A stretch of DNA of 63,772 nt, counting the filler, from an uncultured Methanosarcinales archaeon (GTDB taxonomy: Archaea > Nanobdellota > Nanobdellia > Woesearchaeales > DSVV01): assembly GCA_964593285.1 (NCBI GenBank). It is 4 parts of 4 records of this genome, joined end to end, with 100 filler letters (N's around TTAATTAATTAA, not from the genome) between each part and the next. Parts side by side here need not be neighbours in the genome. Positions count along the whole stretch, not along the records: positions 51,786 to 63,772 come from CAZQHZ010000026.1; 3 more parts are not named here. One strand, 5' to 3'. Shown piece after piece: positions 60,255 through 63,772 of the stretch (position 1 is its first letter; every line of letters starts with the position of its first letter). The notes beneath the pieces are model-generated. The model worked only from the letters and a program-made list of their open reading frames with translations. It searched no databases and was not told the DNA's origin. A program made the position numbers and the translations under genes.

Positions 60255-60508
60255 TTGATGTATTTGTTTACCAAACTAAGTTAAGTTTATTATTATAAAA
60301 GAAAAATTAAAAAATAAAATGATATCTTCTGGTTTATAGCATAATAAAATATCTTTTAATTTTTTAAAATCTTTATCTATTGAAATTATTGGATGTAAAA
60401 ATTTATTGCTAGAATATTTTTAGTTTTAGCAAGTTTTTTGTAACTAAAACTATTTGTTTAATAATTACTTATTAATAAAACAATTTTAAAAGAAACATTT
60501 TAAAAAAA

Positions 60509-61531
60509 TTATTTTTGTTTTTTTTTATTAGAAAAACTATCAGTTTTTTGTTTAACTTTTGCTTTTAACTCTTTTGCTTTTGGAATTACTTTTTCATGGT
60601 ATGTTTTTTTGATTTTAATAGCTAAATTTTTAGCATGTCTTTTTGTATGCAAACTTAATTTCTTTGCATTTGGAATTATTGTTTCATGATATGTTTTTTT
60701 GATTTTAATAGCTAAATTTTTAGCATGTTTTTTTGTATGTTCAGTTAATTTTTTTACATTTGGAAGAATTTTTTGATCATAAGTTTTTTTAGCTTTTTTT
60801 CTAAAATCTTTAGTTTTTGTTTCATAAAGAATATATGCTTTTTTCCGTTTTTTATCATCTTTAAAATAAAAAATCAAATAAAAAATTATTAATAAAATTA
60901 TAATTAATAAAAACCAATTAAATTTTGATTTTTTTTCTTTTTTTACATCATCTACTAAAGTAAATTCAGAAAATTCATCAATTTCATCATTTGTAATTAA
61001 CCCTTCATCAATTGCATCTGTTACTAAATCTTCTGTTTCTTCATACATCGATAAAAGTACTGAGTTAAAATATGATTCTTGATTCATTTTATTAACAAAA
61101 AGAGTTTGTAAGATTGTATATCTTAATTTAACATCATTATTGTCTTTTGTGAAAATTGCAACTAAATCTTGATCTATTTTAATATTTTTACCATCTATCT
61201 TCCCATTAGCATTTAAATTATAAAATATTGATAAGCTATTAATATCTTCTGTATAATATTGAAATTCTATTTTATAGTCATTTAACTGCATTGATTCAAA
61301 CATTTCTCTAAAAAAAGTTTTATATTCTTTTCCATAAATATCAATTAAATATTTTTCATCAAATAAATTTGAATATGAATTTACATCTTTTTCTTTTGTA
61401 TATAAATAAAATTTGTCTATTGCATCTTTTGCATTATCTATATAATTTGCATAAACTGAATTTGTAAATATAATTAAAATTAAAACTAAAAAAAACAATT
61501 TCATTTTTTTCATTAAATTTTTATTTTCCAT
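60509..61531 (-). CDS. Secreted/membrane-anchored protein (NTF2-like ectodomain, TM helix, basic 30-aa repeats)
   Basis: Signal peptide, WFLLIIILLIIFYLIF TM helix, repeated KKTY..IIP..K.L..HTK.HAKNLAIKI. Confidence 0.7.
   Translation of the reverse strand: MENKNLMKKMKLFFLVLILIIFTNSVYANYIDNAKDAIDKFYLYTKEKDVNSYSNLFDEKYLIDIYGKEYKTFFREMFESMQLNDYKIEFQYYTEDINSLSIFYNLNANGKIDGKNIKIDQDLVAIFTKDNNDVKLRYTILQTLFVNKMNQESYFNSVLLSMYEETEDLVTDAIDEGLITNDEIDEFSEFTLVDDVKKEKKSKFNWFLLIIILLIIFYLIFYFKDDKKRKKAYILYETKTKDFRKKAKKTYDQKILPNVKKLTEHTKKHAKNLAIKIKKTYHETIIPNAKKLSLHTKRHAKNLAIKIKKTYHEKVIPKAKELKAKVKQKTDSFSNKKKQK
60575..60790. repeat. 90-bp period coding repeat (~2.5 copies)
   Basis: atgtttttttgattttaatagctaaatttttagcatgt at 60601 and 60691. 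Confidence 0.9.
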
Positions 61532-61532
61532 T

Positions 61533-63772
61533 TTAATTTAATTGATGATATGCAATTTGAAATACATACATTTCTTGAGTTGTCCATCCTGATATATCTT
61601 GTGCTGTAACTAAAATTGGTGCTGGAAAAAATAATTCTTCGGCTCGCTCGATTTTTTCAGATTGTGCAATATATTCAAAATTTGCTTTCCATATATTAGT
61701 TGCTGCGCTAAATGCAGTATCAAATTTTGTAGTCATTTTTTTTACTATTGGAATTTTATTTGGAATTAATGTTGCAATACCAACACCTGTTTGAAGTGCA
61801 GAAATACCTGCAATACCAAATTCAGCACCTCGCTCAATCCAGCCCGCTTCAACTGATCCATCTTTTGCTCCAGTAGCGGTTTTTCCATCTTCAAAAACAT
61901 CAGATAAACCACTTGGTAAATCTTTAATTGAAGTTAAATCTGAATAACCACTATAAATATCAGCAAAATCTTTAACTCGTTTGTTATATTTACCAGCTTC
62001 AGCTAATTTAGCAGCTTTATCGATTTGTCCTCCAACATATGAACTCATTGCATCTGAAACAATTTGTTTTGCTGCTGCTTTTTGTAATTCAACCATTGAT
62101 AATGAAGATAACGCACTACCAATATCAAAATTTCCAAGTTCTGGTGCATGATATGCAATGCTTATTTCACTATTTTTTGGCATACTCTCTAAAATCCAAT
62201 CAGTTTTAAAATCATCACCACTAGCTCTTATTTTTCCAGGACCAAGCAATGTTGATTTTGTAATTACTTTTGGTGTAGTTCCACCTTTAATTTCTATATT
62301 TAATACACCGCTGCTTCCTTGATGTACTTGATTTGAATTTGCATTTAGATTAATTTTAAATTCATCAGGTGGAAGTAATGATAAAGTTTTTTCTTCATTT
62401 TCTAATAATTTCTCATCAATAACAATTTCAAATTTTATTTTTTGTTCAATTTCTTTTGCATCCTCAAAAAATTTCTTTTTACTATTTGGTGAAACAATGA
62501 AAATTCCTCTTTCATTTTCTTCCTCTAAATTAAGTGTCCAATTATTTAATTTTTCCCGAACATCAGTTACAAATCCATTTGTAAATCCACTGTAAATATT
62601 TTCTTCATCTTCTAGTATTTCTGCAAAAATCATCGCATTTAATCCAGGTTCTTTTAAATCACAATAATTAATTTCTTTATTTTTATAAAATAATTTAATA
62701 TTTGGATAAATTCTAAAAACAGAAAGCTCTGTAATTGCATTTAATATTTCTTCTGATGGTTGTTCTATTTTTAAGTCCAGTTCAATTTTTACATCTTTTG
62801 GATTAATTGCATCTTCTTTTTTAATGCAAAGACCACATGCACCACATATATAATCATCACCACATGCACCACAGTATGTTCCTACACTTTGTTTTCCAGA
62901 TTTACCACCTGAAGTAATTTTAAAAGTTTCAACATTATTAAGTAATTCATTTTCTTGTGCTTTTTTTAATGACGCAGAACTACTTTTTGAAACTTCTTGT
63001 TTTTTTTCAATATTAAATTTCACATAAAATTGTGGATAAAATTTAATTGCAAAAATTTCGCTGTTAATTCTTGTTGTTTCATCATCTATATCAGATTCCC
63101 TACTTACAATAAAATAAAATATTTTTAATCCATCGCTACTTGTTTGTTTATATTCTTTATGAGTTGGTGGTGCTTCATCTAAATATAATGATTCATAATC
63201 TGGGTTGCTGTGAAACCAAGGATCTTTTCCATTATTAACTCTGTATGGGTATGGGCTTTGACTAATTCTAAAAGATTTATCATTTTCGTTGGCATTTCTT
63301 ATATAAAGTTTATCAAGATTTGATAATTCTTGATGAATTTGTCCTAAATTATGATTAACTGAAAAATCATTTAATTTAACATCAAATTCAACTTCATTTA
63401 TAGTGCTTGAAAGAGTAAAAGAATCGATAACATTTCTAAATCTTATATTACATGTCCTAATATTTAAATCATCTTGTTCAATAGAAAAAGGAGATACTGC
63501 CATTTTTAATGTAATTTCTTCTTCTCCATCATATTTTGTATAAGCCCGTGTTCCAATCCTTGGAACTTTATCTTCATCTCCTTCTCGAAGCTCTCCTTCA
63601 AGAAAAATACAAGGAGCTGGAACATATAAATAATTTGCACCAACACCTTTTGCTTTAATTGTAACTTCAAACGGCTCTACCCTAGAAATGCTTTCTGGAG
63701 CAATTATTTCAACTTCTCCTGGTTTTTTGTCCATTTCAAGAGTACATGCATTGATTAATAAAATAACTATGA
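61533..63772 (-). CDS. Large lipoprotein (~760 aa including the part at 1-98)
   Basis: Open to the window end. Beta-rich segments, CGACGDDYICGACGLC, and an Ala/Gly-rich helical C-terminal region. Confidence 0.8.
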   Translation of the reverse strand, partial: IVILLINACTLEMDKKPGEVEIIAPESISRVEPFEVTIKAKGVGANYLYVPAPCIFLEGELREGDEDKVPRIGTRAYTKYDGEEEITLKMAVSPFSIEQDDLNIRTCNIRFRNVIDSFTLSSTINEVEFDVKLNDFSVNHNLGQIHQELSNLDKLYIRNANENDKSFRISQSPYPYRVNNGKDPWFHSNPDYESLYLDEAPPTHKEYKQTSSDGLKIFYFIVSRESDIDDETTRINSEIFAIKFYPQFYVKFNIEKKQEVSKSSSASLKKAQENELLNNVETFKITSGGKSGKQSVGTYCGACGDDYICGACGLCIKKEDAINPKDVKIELDLKIEQPSEEILNAITELSVFRIYPNIKLFYKNKEINYCDLKEPGLNAMIFAEILEDEENIYSGFTNGFVTDVREKLNNWTLNLEEENERGIFIVSPNSKKKFFEDAKEIEQKIKFEIVIDEKLLENEEKTLSLLPPDEFKINLNANSNQVHQGSSGVLNIEIKGGTTPKVITKSTLLGPGKIRASGDDFKTDWILESMPKNSEISIAYHAPELGNFDIGSALSSLSMVELQKAAAKQIVSDAMSSYVGGQIDKAAKLAEAGKYNKRVKDFADIYSGYSDLTSIKDLPSGLSDVFEDGKTATGAKDGSVEAGWIERGAEFGIAGISALQTGVGIATLIPNKIPIVKKMTTKFDTAFSAATNIWKANFEYIAQSEKIERAEELFFPAPILVTAQDISGWTTQEMYVFQIAYHQLN
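63718..63772. repeat. 55-nt exact terminal direct repeat, copy 2
   Basis: Identical to 1-55. Confidence 0.97.

Noticed and set aside
60575..60790. CRISPR-like repeat
   Set aside because: In-frame 90-bp coding repeat whose intervening sequences are also similar. No cas genes or arrays are seen in the window.
1..63772. Calling the window a complete virus or plasmid from its terminal repeat
   Set aside because: No capsid, terminase, rep or integrase gene was recognised. The content is housekeeping, the repeat length equals the k-mer-type overlap seen at 4981, and the internal joins are artificial.

Overview
Very AT-rich archaeal chromosomal sequence, most likely DPANN and probably Woesearchaeota-like (inference). 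Archaeal markers are S19e/L39e/L31e, a thermosome subunit, archease, EndoQ, ScpA, a stand-alone 5S rRNA and a tRNA-Phe split by two BHB introns. The window is not one contiguous read. Three artificial 100-nt spacers (N44-TTAATTAATTAA-N44) divide it into four segments, and there are two 100-N gaps. The first and last 55 nt are identical, and a lipoprotein gene reads in frame across that end-to-start junction. The window carries many genes unusual for an archaeon: a trimeric, probably electron-bifurcating [FeFe]-hydrogenase whose HydC has an extra basic N-terminal domain; a eukaryote-type 6-phosphofructo-2-kinase/fructose-2,6-bisphosphatase directly downstream; a long Rel; a sigma-70-family protein; a GCS2 ligase + GshB-like + amidohydrolase operon beside a divergent double-Lrp regulator; an ENA-like P-type ATPase; a pore-less voltage-sensor protein; a Vms1-like release-factor loop protein; and a frameshifted DAC-like gene. 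Non-coding candidates include two hairpin sRNAs with anti-Shine-Dalgarno-like C-rich loops, three other structured intergenic elements, and an upstream motif shared by five accessory genes. No CRISPR array was seen. All family assignments come from reading motifs by eye, without database searches.
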